Shown in pieces: positions 1 through 9,477 of a stretch of DNA of 9,648 bases. Both the position numbers and the translations under genes were made by a program. Source of the DNA: a virus. Lineage: Duplodnaviria; Heunggongvirae; Uroviricota; Caudoviricetes. The notes beneath the pieces were generated by a model that worked only from the letters and a program-made list of their open reading frames with translations, was not told the DNA's origin and ran no database searches. Each line of letters opens with the position of its first letter. The first letter of the stretch is position 1. Location of the stretch: IMG/VR virus record IMGVR_UViG_2563366886_000004; one strand, 5' to 3'.

Positions 1-561
1 GAGATTGTGGCGCTGGTCCACAGCCACCCCGGTGGTCTGCCCTGGCTGAGTGAGGCCGACCGGCGGCTGCAGGTGCAGAGTGATTTGCCGTGGTGGCTGG
101 TCTGCCGGGGGACGATTCATAAGTTCCGCTGTGTGCCGCATCTTACCGGGCGGCGCTTTGAGCACGGGGTGACGGACTGTTACACGCTGTTCCGGGATGC
201 TTATCATCTGGCGGGGATTGAGATGCCGGATTTTCATCGCGGGGATGACTGGTGGCGTCACGGTCAGAATCTCTATCTTGACAATATGGAGGCAACGGGT
301 TTTTACCGTGTCGCACTGACAGAGGCGCAGCCTGGCGACGTGCTGCTGTGCTGCTTTGGTTCATCGGTGCCGAATCATGCCGCCATTTACTGTGGTGATG
401 GTGAGCTGCTGCACCATATTCCTGAACAACTGAGCAAACGAGAGAGGTATACCGACAAATGGCAGCGACGCACACACTCCCTCTGGCGTCACCGGGCATG
501 GCGCGCATCTGCCTTTACGGGGATTTACAACGATTTGGCCGCCGCATCGATCTGCGTGTGA
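1..561 (+). CDS. K: Tail tip assembly protein K, 5'-truncated at the window edge (JAB/MPN metalloprotease-like plus NlpC/P60 domains)
   Basis: The reading frame is open from base 1 (EIVALVHSHPGG...), so the true start lies upstream; stop TGA at 559-561. A JAMM-type motif HxHx7Sx2D is visible as HSHPGGLPWLSEAD. NlpC/P60-like catalytic context is visible as DCYTLF (Cys) and HAAIY...LLHH (His). It is followed by overlapping gene I, as in lambda. Confidence 0.9.
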   Translation, partial: EIVALVHSHPGGLPWLSEADRRLQVQSDLPWWLVCRGTIHKFRCVPHLTGRRFEHGVTDCYTLFRDAYHLAGIEMPDFHRGDDWWRHGQNLYLDNMEATGFYRVALTEAQPGDVLLCCFGSSVPNHAAIYCGDGELLHHIPEQLSKRERYTDKWQRRTHSLWRHRAWRASAFTGIYNDLAAASICV

Positions 562-1106
562 AAACGGGGGCCGAAGCCATCCGGGCGCTGGCCATGCAGA
601 TCCCGGCGTTTCGTCAGAAGCTGAGCGATGGCTGGTATCAGGTACGCATTGCCGGGCGTGATGCAGGCGAAAATGAATTATCTGCCCGTCTTAATGAACC
701 GCTGGCAAATGGTGCCGTGATCCACATCGTTCCGCGTCTGGCGGGGGCCAAAAGTGGCGGTGTGTTTCAGGCGGTGCTGGGTGCGGCGCTGATTGCGGTG
801 GCATGGTGGAACCCTGTTGGCTGGCTGGGGGCCGCGGCTGTATCGGGTATGTATGCAGCAGGGGCCAGTATGATCCTGGGTGGTGTGGCGCAGATGCTGG
901 CACCGAAAGCCAGGACGCCCACGGCAGCAAGTACAGATAACGGCAAACAGAACACCTATTTCTCCTCACTGGATAACATGGTTGCCCAGGGCAATGTTCT
1001 GCCCGTTCTGTACGGTGAAATGCGCGTGGGGTCGCGGGTGGTCTCTCAGGAGATCAGCACGGCAGACGAAGGGGATGGTGGTCAGGTTGTGGTGATTGGT
1101 CGCTGA
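459..1106 (+). CDS. I: Tail assembly protein I (N-terminal ubiquitin-like domain, hydrophobic Gly/Ala-rich central segment)
   Basis: ATG at 459 with GAGAGG about 11 nt upstream; stop TGA at 1104-1106. It overlaps the 3' end of K by 103 nt in a different frame, as lambda I does. The translation MAATHTLPLASPGMARICLYGDLQRFGRRIDLRV... and the C-terminal ...VLPVLYGEMRVGSRVVSQEISTADEGDGGQVVVIGR match what I recall of lambda gpI. Confidence 0.9.
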   Translation: MAATHTLPLASPGMARICLYGDLQRFGRRIDLRVKTGAEAIRALAMQIPAFRQKLSDGWYQVRIAGRDAGENELSARLNEPLANGAVIHIVPRLAGAKSGGVFQAVLGAALIAVAWWNPVGWLGAAAVSGMYAAGASMILGGVAQMLAPKARTPTAASTDNGKQNTYFSSLDNMVAQGNVLPVLYGEMRVGSRVVSQEISTADEGDGGQVVVIGR

Positions 1107-1124
1107 TGAAAAACGTTTTATGTG

Positions 1125-1152
1125 AAACCGCCTGCGGGCGGTTTTGTCGTTT
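1125..1152 (+). terminator. Hairpin plus U-rich tract in the I-J intergenic spacer (possible attenuator or weak intrinsic terminator inside the late operon)
   Basis: AAACCGCC (1125-1132), loop TGCG, GGCGGTTT (1137-1144), then TTTTGTCGTTT. It lies between the I stop (1106) and the J Shine-Dalgarno GGAG (1155-1158). Confidence 0.35.
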
Positions 1153-1166
1153 ATGGAGCGTGACGA

Positions 1167-4100
1167 ATGGGTAAAGGCAGCAGTAAGGGGCATACTCCGC
1201 GCGAAGCGAAGGACAACCTGAAGTCCACGCAGTTGCTGAGTGTGATCGATGCCATCAGCGAAGGGCCGGTTGAAGGTCCGGTGGATGGATTAAAAAGCGT
1301 GCTGCTGAACAGTACGCCGGTGCTGGACAGTGAGGGGAATACCAACATCGCCGGTGTCACGGTGGTGTTCCGGGCTGGTGAGCAGGAGCAGACTCCGCCG
1401 GAGGGATTTGAATCCTCCGGCTCCGAGACGGTGTTGGGTACGGAAGTGAAATACGACACGCCGATCACCCGGACCATCACGTCGGCAAACATTGACCGTC
1501 TGCGTTTTACTTTCGGCGTGCAGGCACTGGTGGAAACCACCTCAAAGGGGGACAGGAATCCATCGGAAGTCCGCCTGCTGGTTCAGATACAACGTAACGG
1601 TGGCTGGGTGACGGAAAAGGACATCACCATTAAGGGTAAAACCACTTCACAGTATCTGGCCTCGGTGGTGGTGGATAACCTGCCGCCGCGCCCGTTCAAT
1701 ATCCGGATGCGCAGGATGACGCCGGACAGCACCACAGACCAGCTGCAGAACAAAACGCTCTGGTCGTCATACACCGAAATCATCGATGTGAAACAGTGCT
1801 ACCCGAACACGGCACTGGTCGGCGTGCAGGTGGATTCGGAGCAGTTCGGCAGCCAGCAGGTGAGCCGTAATTATCATCTTCGCGGGCGTATTCTGCAGGT
1901 GCCGTCGAATTATAACCCGCAGACGCGGCAATACAGCGGTATCTGGGACGGGACGTTTAAACCGGCATACAGCAACAACATGGCCTGGTGTCTGTGGGAT
2001 ATGCTGACCCACCCGCGCTACGGCATGGGGAAACGTCTCGGTGCGGCGGATGTGGACAAATGGGCGCTGTATGTCATCGGCCAGAATTGTGACCAGTCGG
2101 TGCCGGACGGCTTTGGCGGTACGGAGCCGCGCATCACCTGTAACGCTTACCTGACCACACAACGTAAGGCGTGGGATGTGCTCAGTGATTTCTGCTCGGC
2201 GATGCGCTGTATGCCGGTATGGAACGGGCAGACGCTGACGTTCGTGCAGGACCGACCATCGGATAAGGTGTGGACCTATAACCGCAGTAATGTGGTGATG
2301 CCGGATGATGGCGCACCATTCCGCTACAGCTTCAGCGCCCTGAAAGACCGCCATAATGCCGTTGAAGTGAACTGGATTGACCCGGATAACGGCTGGGAGA
2401 CGGCAACAGAGCTTGTGGAGGACTCGCAGGCCATTGCCCGTTACGGTCGTAACGTCACGAAGATGGATGCGTTTGGCTGTACCAGTCGGGGGCAGGCGCA
2501 CCGCGCCGGGCTGTGGCTGATTAAAACAGAACTGCTGGAAACGCAGACCGTGGACTTCAGCGTGGGTGCCGAAGGGCTTCGCCATGTACCGGGCGATGTC
2601 ATTGAAATCTGCGATGATGACTATGCCGGTATCAGCACCGGCGGGCGCGTGCTGGCGGTGAACAGCCAGACCCGGACGCTGACGCTCGACCGTGAAATCA
2701 CGCAGCCATCCTCCGGCACCACGCTGATAAGCCTGGTTGACGGAAGTGGCAATCCGGTCAGCGTGGAGGTCCAGTCCGTCACCGACGGCGTGAAGGTGAA
2801 AGTGAGCCGGGTTCCTGACGGCGTTGCCGAGTACAGCGTGTGGGGGCTGAAGCTGCCGACGCTGCGCCAGCGCCTGTTCCGCTGTGTGAGTATCCGTGAG
2901 AACGACGACGGTACGTATGCCATCACTGCAGTGCAGCATGTGCCGGAGAAAGAAGCCATCGTGGATAACGGGGCGCACTTTGACGGTAACCAGAGCGGCA
3001 CGGTGAATGGTGTCACGCCGCCAGCAGTGCAGCATCTGACCGCCGAAGTCACCGCAGACAGCGGGGAATACCAGGTGCTGGCCCGCTGGGACACGCCGAA
3101 GGTGGTGAAGGGCGTGAGCTTCCTGCTTCGCCTGACCGTGGCAGCGGATGACGGCAGTGAGCGGCTGGTCAGCACGGCCCGGACGACGGAAACCACTTAC
3201 CGCTTCACACAACTGGCTCTGGGGAACTACAGGCTGACAGTCCGGGCAGTAAATGCGTGGGGGCAGCAGGGCGATCCGGCGTCGGTATCGTTCCGGATTG
3301 CCGCACCGGCAGCGCCGTCGCGGATTGAGCTGACGCCGGGCTATTTTCAGATAACCGCCACGCCGCATCTTGCGGTTTATGATCCGACGGTACAGTTTGA
3401 GTTCTGGTTCTCGGAAAAGCGGATTGCGGATATCAGGCAGGTTGAAACCACAGCACGCTATCTTGGTACGGCGTTGTACTGGATAGCCGCCAGTATCAAT
3501 ATCAAACCGGGCCATAATTATTATTTTTACGTTCGCAGTGTGAACACCGTTGGCAAATCGGCATTCGTGGAGGCCGTCGGTCGGGCGAGCGATGATGCAT
3601 CCGGCTATCTGGATTTTTTCAAAGGCGAGATAGGGAAAACCCATCTGGCTCAGGAGCTGTGGACGCAGATTGATAACGGTCAGCTTGCGCCTGACCTGGC
3701 TGAAATCAGGACATCCATTACGGATGTCAGCAATGAAATCACACAGACCGTCAATAAGAAACTGGAAGACCAGAGTGCGGCAATTCAGCAGATACAGAAG
3801 GTTCAGGTTGATACAAATAATAACCTGAACAGCATGTGGGCTGTGAAGCTGCAGCAGATGCAGGACGGACGCCTTTATATCGCGGGTATTGGTGCCGGTA
3901 TTGAGAACACCCCTGACGGCATGCAGAGTCAGGTGCTGCTGGCGGCGGACAGGATTGCGATGGTTAATCCTGCGAATGGCAACACAAAACCGATGTTTGT
4001 TGGTCAGGGCGATCAGATATTCATGAACGACGTGTTCCTGAAACGCCTGACGGCTCCCACCATTACCAGCGGCGGTAATCCTCCGGTATTTTCCCTGACA

Positions 4101-4646
4101 CCGGACGGGCGGCTGACGGCGAAAAATGCCGATATCAGCGGTAACGTGAATGCGAACTCCGGGACGCTCAACAACGTCACGATTAACGAGAACTGTCGGG
4201 TTCTGGGAAAATTGTCTGCGAACCAGATTGAAGGCGATCTCGTTAAAACAGTGGGCAAAGCTTTCCCCCGGGACTCCCGTGCACCGGAGCGGTGGCCATC
4301 AGGAACCATTACCGTCAGGGTTTATGACGATCAGCCGTTTGACCGGCAGATTGTTATTCCGGCGGTGGCATTCAGTGGCGCTAAGCATGAGAGAGAGCAT
4401 ACTGATATTTACTCCTCATGCCGTCTGATAGTGCGGAAAAACGGTGCTGAAATTTATAACCGTACCGCGCTGGATAATACGCTGATTTACAGTGGCGTTA
4501 TTGATATGCCTGCCGGTCACGGTCACATGACACTGGAGTTTTCGGTGTCAGCATGGCTGGTAAATAACTGGTATCCCACAGCAAGTATCAGCGATTTGCT
4601 GGTTGTGGTGATGAAGAAAGCCACTACAGGCATCACGATTAGCTGA
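1167..4646 (+). CDS. J: Host specificity protein J (central tail fiber / tail tip, receptor-binding C-terminus), 1159 aa
   Basis: ATG at 1167 with GGAG 8 nt upstream; stop TGA at 4644-4646. The N-terminus [34 protein letters not shown]... and long internal stretches match my recollection of lambda gpJ (1132 aa). Size and position after K and I fit. Confidence 0.95.
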   Translation: MGKGSSKGHTPREAKDNLKSTQLLSVIDAISEGPVEGPVDGLKSVLLNSTPVLDSEGNTNIAGVTVVFRAGEQEQTPPEGFESSGSETVLGTEVKYDTPITRTITSANIDRLRFTFGVQALVETTSKGDRNPSEVRLLVQIQRNGGWVTEKDITIKGKTTSQYLASVVVDNLPPRPFNIRMRRMTPDSTTDQLQNKTLWSSYTEIIDVKQCYPNTALVGVQVDSEQFGSQQVSRNYHLRGRILQVPSNYNPQTRQYSGIWDGTFKPAYSNNMAWCLWDMLTHPRYGMGKRLGAADVDKWALYVIGQNCDQSVPDGFGGTEPRITCNAYLTTQRKAWDVLSDFCSAMRCMPVWNGQTLTFVQDRPSDKVWTYNRSNVVMPDDGAPFRYSFSALKDRHNAVEVNWIDPDNGWETATELVEDSQAIARYGRNVTKMDAFGCTSRGQAHRAGLWLIKTELLETQTVDFSVGAEGLRHVPGDVIEICDDDYAGISTGGRVLAVNSQTRTLTLDREITQPSSGTTLISLVDGSGNPVSVEVQSVTDGVKVKVSRVPDGVAEYSVWGLKLPTLRQRLFRCVSIRENDDGTYAITAVQHVPEKEAIVDNGAHFDGNQSGTVNGVTPPAVQHLTAEVTADSGEYQVLARWDTPKVVKGVSFLLRLTVAADDGSERLVSTARTTETTYRFTQLALGNYRLTVRAVNAWGQQGDPASVSFRIAAPAAPSRIELTPGYFQITATPHLAVYDPTVQFEFWFSEKRIADIRQVETTARYLGTALYWIAASINIKPGHNYYFYVRSVNTVGKSAFVEAVGRASDDASGYLDFFKGEIGKTHLAQELWTQIDNGQLAPDLAEIRTSITDVSNEITQTVNKKLEDQSAAIQQIQKVQVDTNNNLNSMWAVKLQQMQDGRLYIAGIGAGIENTPDGMQSQVLLAADRIAMVNPANGNTKPMFVGQGDQIFMNDVFLKRLTAPTITSGGNPPVFSLTPDGRLTAKNADISGNVNANSGTLNNVTINENCRVLGKLSANQIEGDLVKTVGKAFPRDSRAPERWPSGTITVRVYDDQPFDRQIVIPAVAFSGAKHEREHTDIYSSCRLIVRKNGAEIYNRTALDNTLIYSGVIDMPAGHGHMTLEFSVSAWLVNNWYPTASISDLLVVVMKKATTGITIS

Positions 4647-4664
4647 ATTTTATAACCCAGATAC

Positions 4665-4692
4665 GGGCACCAGAAATGGTGCCTTTTTTATT
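4665..4692 (+). terminator. Rho-independent terminator downstream of J
   Basis: Perfect 7-bp stem GGCACCA (4666-4672) / TGGTGCC (4677-4683) with GAAA loop, followed by TTTTTTATT (4684-4692). Confidence 0.7.
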
Positions 4693-4713
4693 GCAGAAAA
4701 GCGAGAGGTAATT

Positions 4714-5313
4714 ATGCGTAAAGTTTGTGCAGCCATTTTGTCCGCAGCCATCTGTCTGGCCGTATCCGGTGCGCCTGCATGGGCGTCTGAGCAGCAGTCC
4801 ACGCTGAGCGCGGGCTATCTTCATGCCTGGACGAACGTTCCCGGCAGCGATGATCTGAACGGGATTAACGTGAAATACCGTTATGAGTTTACGGACACGC
4901 TGGGGCTGATGACGTCATTCAGCTATGCAGGAGCCAAAAATGAGCAAAAAACGCATTACAGCGATACCCGCTGGCATGAAGATTCCGTGCGTAACCGCTG
5001 GTTCAGCGTGATGGCGGGGCCGTCTGTGCGCGTGAATGAATGGTTCAGCGCGTATGCGATGGCGGGTGTGGCTTACAGCCGTGTGTCGACTTTCTCCGGG
5101 GATTATCTGCAGGTGACCGACAATACGGGGAAAACGCACGATGTGCTGACCGGAAGTGATGACGGTCGCCACAGCAACACGTCTCTGGCGTGGGGGGCTG
5201 GCGTGCAGTTTAACCCGACAGAATCCGTGGCCGTTGATGTCGCTTATGAAGGCTCCGGCAGCGGTGACTGGCGTACCAACAGTTTCATCGTTGGTGTCGG
5301 TTATAAATTCTGA
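4714..5313 (+). CDS. lom: Outer membrane protein Lom (Ail/Lom/PagC/OmpX family 8-strand beta-barrel; lysogenic-conversion moron)
   Basis: ATG at 4714 with GAGAGG 5 nt upstream. N-terminal signal peptide [28 protein letters not shown]-terminal ...[23 protein letters not shown] ends in an aromatic residue as expected for an OMP beta-barrel and matches what I recall of lambda Lom. Located between J and stf as in lambda. Confidence 0.9.
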   Translation: MRKVCAAILSAAICLAVSGAPAWASEQQSTLSAGYLHAWTNVPGSDDLNGINVKYRYEFTDTLGLMTSFSYAGAKNEQKTHYSDTRWHEDSVRNRWFSVMAGPSVRVNEWFSAYAMAGVAYSRVSTFSGDYLQVTDNTGKTHDVLTGSDDGRHSNTSLAWGAGVQFNPTESVAVDVAYEGSGSGDWRTNSFIVGVGYKF

Positions 5314-5339
5314 TTAGCCAGGTAACACAGTGTTATGAC

Positions 5340-5367
5340 AGCCCGCCGGTTCAGGCGGGCTTTTTTG
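5340..5367 (+). terminator. Rho-independent terminator downstream of lom
   Basis: 8-bp GC-rich stem AGCCCGCC (5340-5347) / GGCGGGCT (5354-5361) with loop GGTTCA, followed by a run of six T (5361-5366). Confidence 0.75.
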
Positions 5368-5377
5368 TGGGGTGAAT

Positions 5378-8300
5378 ATGGCAGTAAAGATTTCAGGTGT
5401 ACTGAAAGACGGTGCAGGTAAACCGGTACAGAACTGCACAATCCAGCTGAAAGCAAAACGTAACAGCACCACGGTGGTGGTGAACACGCTGGCCTCAGAA
5501 AATCCGGATGAAGCCGGGCGTTACAGTATGGACGTTGAGTACGGTCAGTACAGCGTCAGTCTGTTGGTGGAAGGATTCCCGCCGTCACATGCCGGGATTA
5601 TCACCGTATATGAGGACTCAAAGCCGGGCACACTGAATGATTTCCTCGGTGCAATGACGGAGGATGATGTCCGGCCAGAGGCACTGCGCCGTTTTGAACT
5701 GATGGTGGAAGAGGTGGCGCGTAACGCGTCCGCAGTGGCACAGAACACGGCAGCCGCGAAGAAGTCAGCCGGCGATGCCGGCACATCTGCCCGTGAGGCG
5801 GCAACCCATGCGACTGATGCTGCAGGCTCAGCACGCGCAGCCAGCACGTCAGCCGGACAGGCCGCTTCGTCGGCTCAGTCAGCGTCTTCCAGCGCAGGAA
5901 CGGCATCAACAAAGGCTACTGAAGCATCAAAAAGTGCTGCCGCTGCAGAGTCCTCAAAAAGCGCGGCAGCCACCAGTGCCGGTGCAGCGAAAACGTCGGA
6001 AATGAATGCCGCAGCATCACAAAAATCTGCGGCCACTTCTGCATCCGCCGCGACCACAAAGGCGTCAGAAGCTGCCACCTCGGCACGGGATGCGGCGGCC
6101 TCAAAAGAGGCAGCGAAATCATCAGAAACGAACGCATCATCAAGCGCCAGTAGTGCCGCTTCCTCGGCAACGGCGGCAGGAAATTCCGCGAAGGCGGCAA
6201 AGACGTCCGAGACGAACGCCAGGTCTTCTGAAACGGCAGCGGGACAGAGTGCCTCAGCTGCGGCAGGCTCAAAAACAGCGGCTGCGTCGTCTGCCAGTGC
6301 CGCGTCAACAAGTGCCGGGCAGGCCTCAGCCAGTGCCACCGCCGCCGGAAAATCGGCAGAAAGTGCCGCATCGTCTGCTTCAACAGCCACAACGAAGGCT
6401 GGCGAAGCCACTGAACAGGCCAGCGCAGCAGCGAGGTCTGCTTCCGCAGCGAAGACATCCGAAACGAACGCGAAAGCGTCGGAAACCAGCGCAGAATCCT
6501 CAAAAACGGCTGCCGCATCGTCCGCCAGTTCGGCGGCGTCATCGGCATCATCTGCGTCTGCTTCAAAAGATGAGGCGACCAGACAGGCGTCAGCAGCGAA
6601 GAGCAGCGCCACGACGGCATCCACGAAGGCGACAGAGGCAGCTGGCAGTGCGACGGCGGCAGCTCAGAGCAAAAGTACGGCGGAATCCGCGGCAACGCGC
6701 GCCGAGACAGCAGCTAAACGGGCAGAGGATATTGCATCCGCCGTGGCGCTTGAGGATGCAAGTACGACGAAAAAGGGGATAGTACAGCTCAGCAGCGCGA
6801 CCAACAGCACGTCTGAAACGCTGGCGGCAACGCCAAAGGCAGTAAAAGCAGCCTATGACAATGCAGAGAAACGTCTGCAGAAAGACCAGAACGGCGCTGA
6901 TATACCCGATAAGGGACGCTTCCTGAACAACATTAACGCGGTCAGTAAAACAGACTTTGCTGATAAGCGTGGTATGCGTTATGTGCGGGTTAACGCTCCT
7001 GCAGGTGCAATATCTGGAAAATATTACCCTGTTGTTGTTATGCGTTCTGCTGGCTCAGTAAGCGAACTGGCATCAAGGGTCATTATCACCACGGCAACGC
7101 GAACCGCAGGCGATCCGATGAATAACTGCGAGTTTAACGGATTTGTTATGCCTGGTGGCTGGACTGACAGGGGGCGTTATGCTTATGGAATGTTCTGGCA
7201 ATATCAAAACAATGAACGAGCCATCCACTCAATAATGATGAGTAATAAGGGCGATGATTTGCGCTCTGTGTTCTATGTTGATGGCGCTGCTTTCCCTGTT
7301 TTTGCGTTTATCGAAGATGGCCTGTCAATATCCGCACCTGGTGCTGATCTCGTTGTTAATGATACGACCTATAAGTTTGGGGCAACAAATCCGGCGACTG
7401 AATGTATCGCGGCGGACGTTATCCTTGATTTTAAGAGTGGGCGTGGTTTTTATGAGTCCCATTCGTTAATCGTTAACGATAACTTGTCGTGCAAAAAACT
7501 TTTTGCCACAGACGAAATTGTAGCGCGTGGTGGTAATCAGATTCGAATGATAGGTGGGGAGTATGGGGCATTATGGCGTAATGATGGCGCTAAAACTTAC
7601 CTGCTGCTTACCAATCAAGGTGATGTTTATGGTGGATGGAATACATTAAGACCGTTTGCTATTGATAACGCAACCGGCGAACTGGTTATTGGAACCAAGC
7701 TGTCTGCAAGTCTGAACGGTAACGCATTGACAGCAACAAAGCTGCAAACGCCAAGACGGGTTTCTGGTGTTGAGTTTGATGGTTCCAAAGATATTACTTT
7801 AACCGCCGCGCATGTGGCTGCTTTTGCCAGAAGGGCAACGGATACATATGCCGATGCGGATGGTGGCGTTCCCTGGAATGCCGAATCAGGCGCTTATAAT
7901 GTCACCCGCTCTGGCGACAGCTATATTCTGGTTAACTTCTATACCGGAGTCGGAAGTTGCCGGACCTTGCAGATGAAGGCGCATTACAGAAATGGTGGTC
8001 TGTTCTACCGTTCTTCAAGAGACGGTTATGGTTTTGAGGAAGACTGGGCAGAAGTTTATACCTCGAAAAATCTTCCACCAGAAAGCTACCCAGTTGGCGC
8101 ACCAATCCCGTGGCCATCAGATACCGTTCCGTCTGGTTATGCCCTGATGCAGGGGCAGACTTTTAACAAATCTGCCTACCCGAAACTTGCAGCGGCTTAT
8201 CCGTCAGGCGTGATCCCTGATATGCGTGGCTGGACGATTAAGGGCAAGCCAGCCAGTGGTCGTGCCGTATTGTCTCAGGAACAGGACGGCATTAAATCGC

Positions 8301-8779
8301 ACACCCACAGCGCCAGCGCATCCAGTACGGATTTGGGGACGAAAACCACATCATCGTTTGATTACGGCACTAAATCCACGAATAACACTGGTGCACATAC
8401 CCATAGTATTAGCGGGACAGCAAATAGTGCCGGTGCGCACCAACACAAGAGTTCCGGTGCGTTTGGTGGCCCGAACACGAGCATTTTTCCTAATGGTTAT
8501 ACTGCGATTTCAAATCCAAGCCCGTGGATTATGAGCACAACAAGCGGTAGTGGCCAGACTCGTAATGCAGGGAAGACATCATCAGATGGTGCTCATACCC
8601 ACTCGCTGTCTGGTACTGCAGCAAGTTCTGGCGCACATGCACATACTGTAGGTATTGGTGCGCATACGCACTCGGTTGCGATTGGCTCACATGGACACAC
8701 CATCACCGTTAACGCTGCTGGTAACGCGGAAAACACCGTCAAAAACATCGCATTTAACTATATTGTGAGGCTTGCATAA
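5378..8779 (+). CDS. stf: Side tail fiber protein Stf, long mosaic form (about 1133 aa from ATG 5378)
   Basis: ATG at 5378 gives [37 protein letters not shown]..., matching my recollection of the lambda Stf N-terminus. The six-frame track begins at an in-frame GTG at 5372, which has no spacer after the G-rich stretch. Stop TAA at 8777-8779. Contains an Ala/Ser/Thr-rich repeat region, a central domain with lower GC, and a C-terminal region with HxH boxes ([39 protein letters not shown]) typical of T4 gp37-like fiber tips. Confidence 0.9.
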   Translation: MAVKISGVLKDGAGKPVQNCTIQLKAKRNSTTVVVNTLASENPDEAGRYSMDVEYGQYSVSLLVEGFPPSHAGIITVYEDSKPGTLNDFLGAMTEDDVRPEALRRFELMVEEVARNASAVAQNTAAAKKSAGDAGTSAREAATHATDAAGSARAASTSAGQAASSAQSASSSAGTASTKATEASKSAAAAESSKSAAATSAGAAKTSEMNAAASQKSAATSASAATTKASEAATSARDAAASKEAAKSSETNASSSASSAASSATAAGNSAKAAKTSETNARSSETAAGQSASAAAGSKTAAASSASAASTSAGQASASATAAGKSAESAASSASTATTKAGEATEQASAAARSASAAKTSETNAKASETSAESSKTAAASSASSAASSASSASASKDEATRQASAAKSSATTASTKATEAAGSATAAAQSKSTAESAATRAETAAKRAEDIASAVALEDASTTKKGIVQLSSATNSTSETLAATPKAVKAAYDNAEKRLQKDQNGADIPDKGRFLNNINAVSKTDFADKRGMRYVRVNAPAGAISGKYYPVVVMRSAGSVSELASRVIITTATRTAGDPMNNCEFNGFVMPGGWTDRGRYAYGMFWQYQNNERAIHSIMMSNKGDDLRSVFYVDGAAFPVFAFIEDGLSISAPGADLVVNDTTYKFGATNPATECIAADVILDFKSGRGFYESHSLIVNDNLSCKKLFATDEIVARGGNQIRMIGGEYGALWRNDGAKTYLLLTNQGDVYGGWNTLRPFAIDNATGELVIGTKLSASLNGNALTATKLQTPRRVSGVEFDGSKDITLTAAHVAAFARRATDTYADADGGVPWNAESGAYNVTRSGDSYILVNFYTGVGSCRTLQMKAHYRNGGLFYRSSRDGYGFEEDWAEVYTSKNLPPESYPVGAPIPWPSDTVPSGYALMQGQTFNKSAYPKLAAAYPSGVIPDMRGWTIKGKPASGRAVLSQEQDGIKSHTHSASASSTDLGTKTTSSFDYGTKSTNNTGAHTHSISGTANSAGAHQHKSSGAFGGPNTSIFPNGYTAISNPSPWIMSTTSGSGQTRNAGKTSSDGAHTHSLSGTAASSGAHAHTVGIGAHTHSVAIGSHGHTITVNAAGNAENTVKNIAFNYIVRLA
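5720..6760 (+). repeat. Intragenic low-complexity / degenerate tandem repeat region of stf encoding Ala/Ser/Thr-rich modules
   Basis: A degenerate 24-nt element encoding AKTSE(M/T)NA recurs at about 5987, 6197 and 6449 (spacings 210 and 252 nt), embedded in continuous A/S/T-rich coding sequence. The region produces long spurious ORFs on the minus strand and in an alternative plus frame. Confidence 0.6.
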
Positions 8780-9363
8780 TGGCATTCAGAATGAGTGAAC
8801 AACCACGGACCATAAAAATTTATAATCTGCTGGCCGGAACTAATGAATTTATTGGTGAAGGTGACGCATATATTCCGCCTCATACAGGTCTGCCAGCAAA
8901 CAGTACCGATATTGCACCGCCAGATATTCCGGCAGGCTTCGTGGCTGTTTTCAACAGTGATGAGGCATCGTGGCATCTCGTTGAAGACCATCGTGGTAAA
9001 ACGGTCTATGACGTGGCTTCCGGCGACGCGTTATTTATTTCTGAACTCGGCTCATTACCGGAAAATGTCACCTGGTTATCCCCGGAAGGGGAGTTTCAGA
9101 AGTGGAACGGTACAGTCTGGGTGAAGGATACGGAAGCAGAAAAACTGTTCCGGATCCGGGAGGCGGAAGAAACAAAAAACAGCCTGATGCAGGTAGCCAG
9201 TGAGCATATAGCGCCGCTTCAGGATGCTGTAGATCTGGAGATCGCAACGGAAGAAGAGGCGTCGTTGCTGGAAGCCTGGAAGAAGTATCGGGTATTGCTG
9301 AACCGTGTTGATACATCAACTGCACCTGATATTGAGTGGCCTGCAAATCCTGTCAGGGAGTAA
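8779..9363 (+). CDS. tfa: Tail fiber assembly protein Tfa (chaperone for Stf; T4 gp38-like family)
   Basis: ATG at 8779 shares its A with the stf stop codon (TAATG), with GTGAGG 8 nt upstream; stop TAA at 9361-9363. The translation [54 protein letters not shown]... matches my recollection of lambda Tfa. Position immediately after stf fits. Confidence 0.9.
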   Translation: MAFRMSEQPRTIKIYNLLAGTNEFIGEGDAYIPPHTGLPANSTDIAPPDIPAGFVAVFNSDEASWHLVEDHRGKTVYDVASGDALFISELGSLPENVTWLSPEGEFQKWNGTVWVKDTEAEKLFRIREAEETKNSLMQVASEHIAPLQDAVDLEIATEEEASLLEAWKKYRVLLNRVDTSTAPDIEWPANPVRE

Positions 9364-9477
9364 TCATTGGGATTATGCCGCAGACACGTCGTATGCAGGA
9401 ACGTGCTGCGGTTAGTTTGTGAGCTTTCGATAGTGGTTGTTATTTTTGCCCTTATTTGTTCCGGAGGCCCTGGTTCA

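Noticed and set aside
143-1540. Minus-strand and alternative-frame ORFs overlapping K, I and the 5' end of J (143-508, 691-969, 767-955, 966-1193, 1151-1540 minus; 880-1095 plus)
   Set aside because: They overlap strongly supported plus-strand genes, lack start signals, and have the biased composition expected of out-of-frame translation.
1767-3644. 625-aa minus-strand ORF antisense to J (and nested 191-aa ORF at 2621-3196)
   Set aside because: It lies entirely inside the well-supported J reading frame. The product is Arg/Pro/His-rich, which is typical of antisense translation of GC-rich coding DNA, and there is no ribosome-binding site or recognisable domain.
4013-4428. ORFs 4013-4309 (minus) and 4150-4428 (plus) inside the 3' part of J
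   Set aside because: They are embedded within the continuous J frame, with no ribosome-binding site and no recognisable features.
4639-5172. Minus-strand ORFs 4639-4824 and 4915-5172 overlapping lom
   Set aside because: They are antisense to lom, which has a clear signal peptide, ribosome-binding site and OMP C-terminal motif.
5372-5377. GTG at 5372 as the stf start (as in the six-frame track)
   Set aside because: The ATG at 5378 gives the N-terminus MAVKISG..., consistent with lambda Stf, and leaves a spacer after the upstream G-rich stretch; GTG 5372 would have no spacer. Both are in frame, so the difference is only two codons.
5875-6782. Overlapping ORFs in the stf repeat region (5875-6624 minus, 5916-6695 minus, 6006-6782 plus, 5545-5912 minus, 5775-6005 plus)
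   Set aside because: They are by-products of the Ala/Ser-rich low-complexity repeat, which lacks stop codons in several frames. Their products are extreme low-complexity peptides (Ala/Asp-rich or Arg/Pro/Gln-rich), and the stf frame is continuous through the region.
9367-9477. 93-aa extended form of the terminal small ORF starting at 9367
   Set aside because: It requires a TTG start 3 nt after the tfa stop with no Shine-Dalgarno, whereas the internal ATG at 9478 has a strong GGAGG. The upstream extension is probably non-coding spacer.
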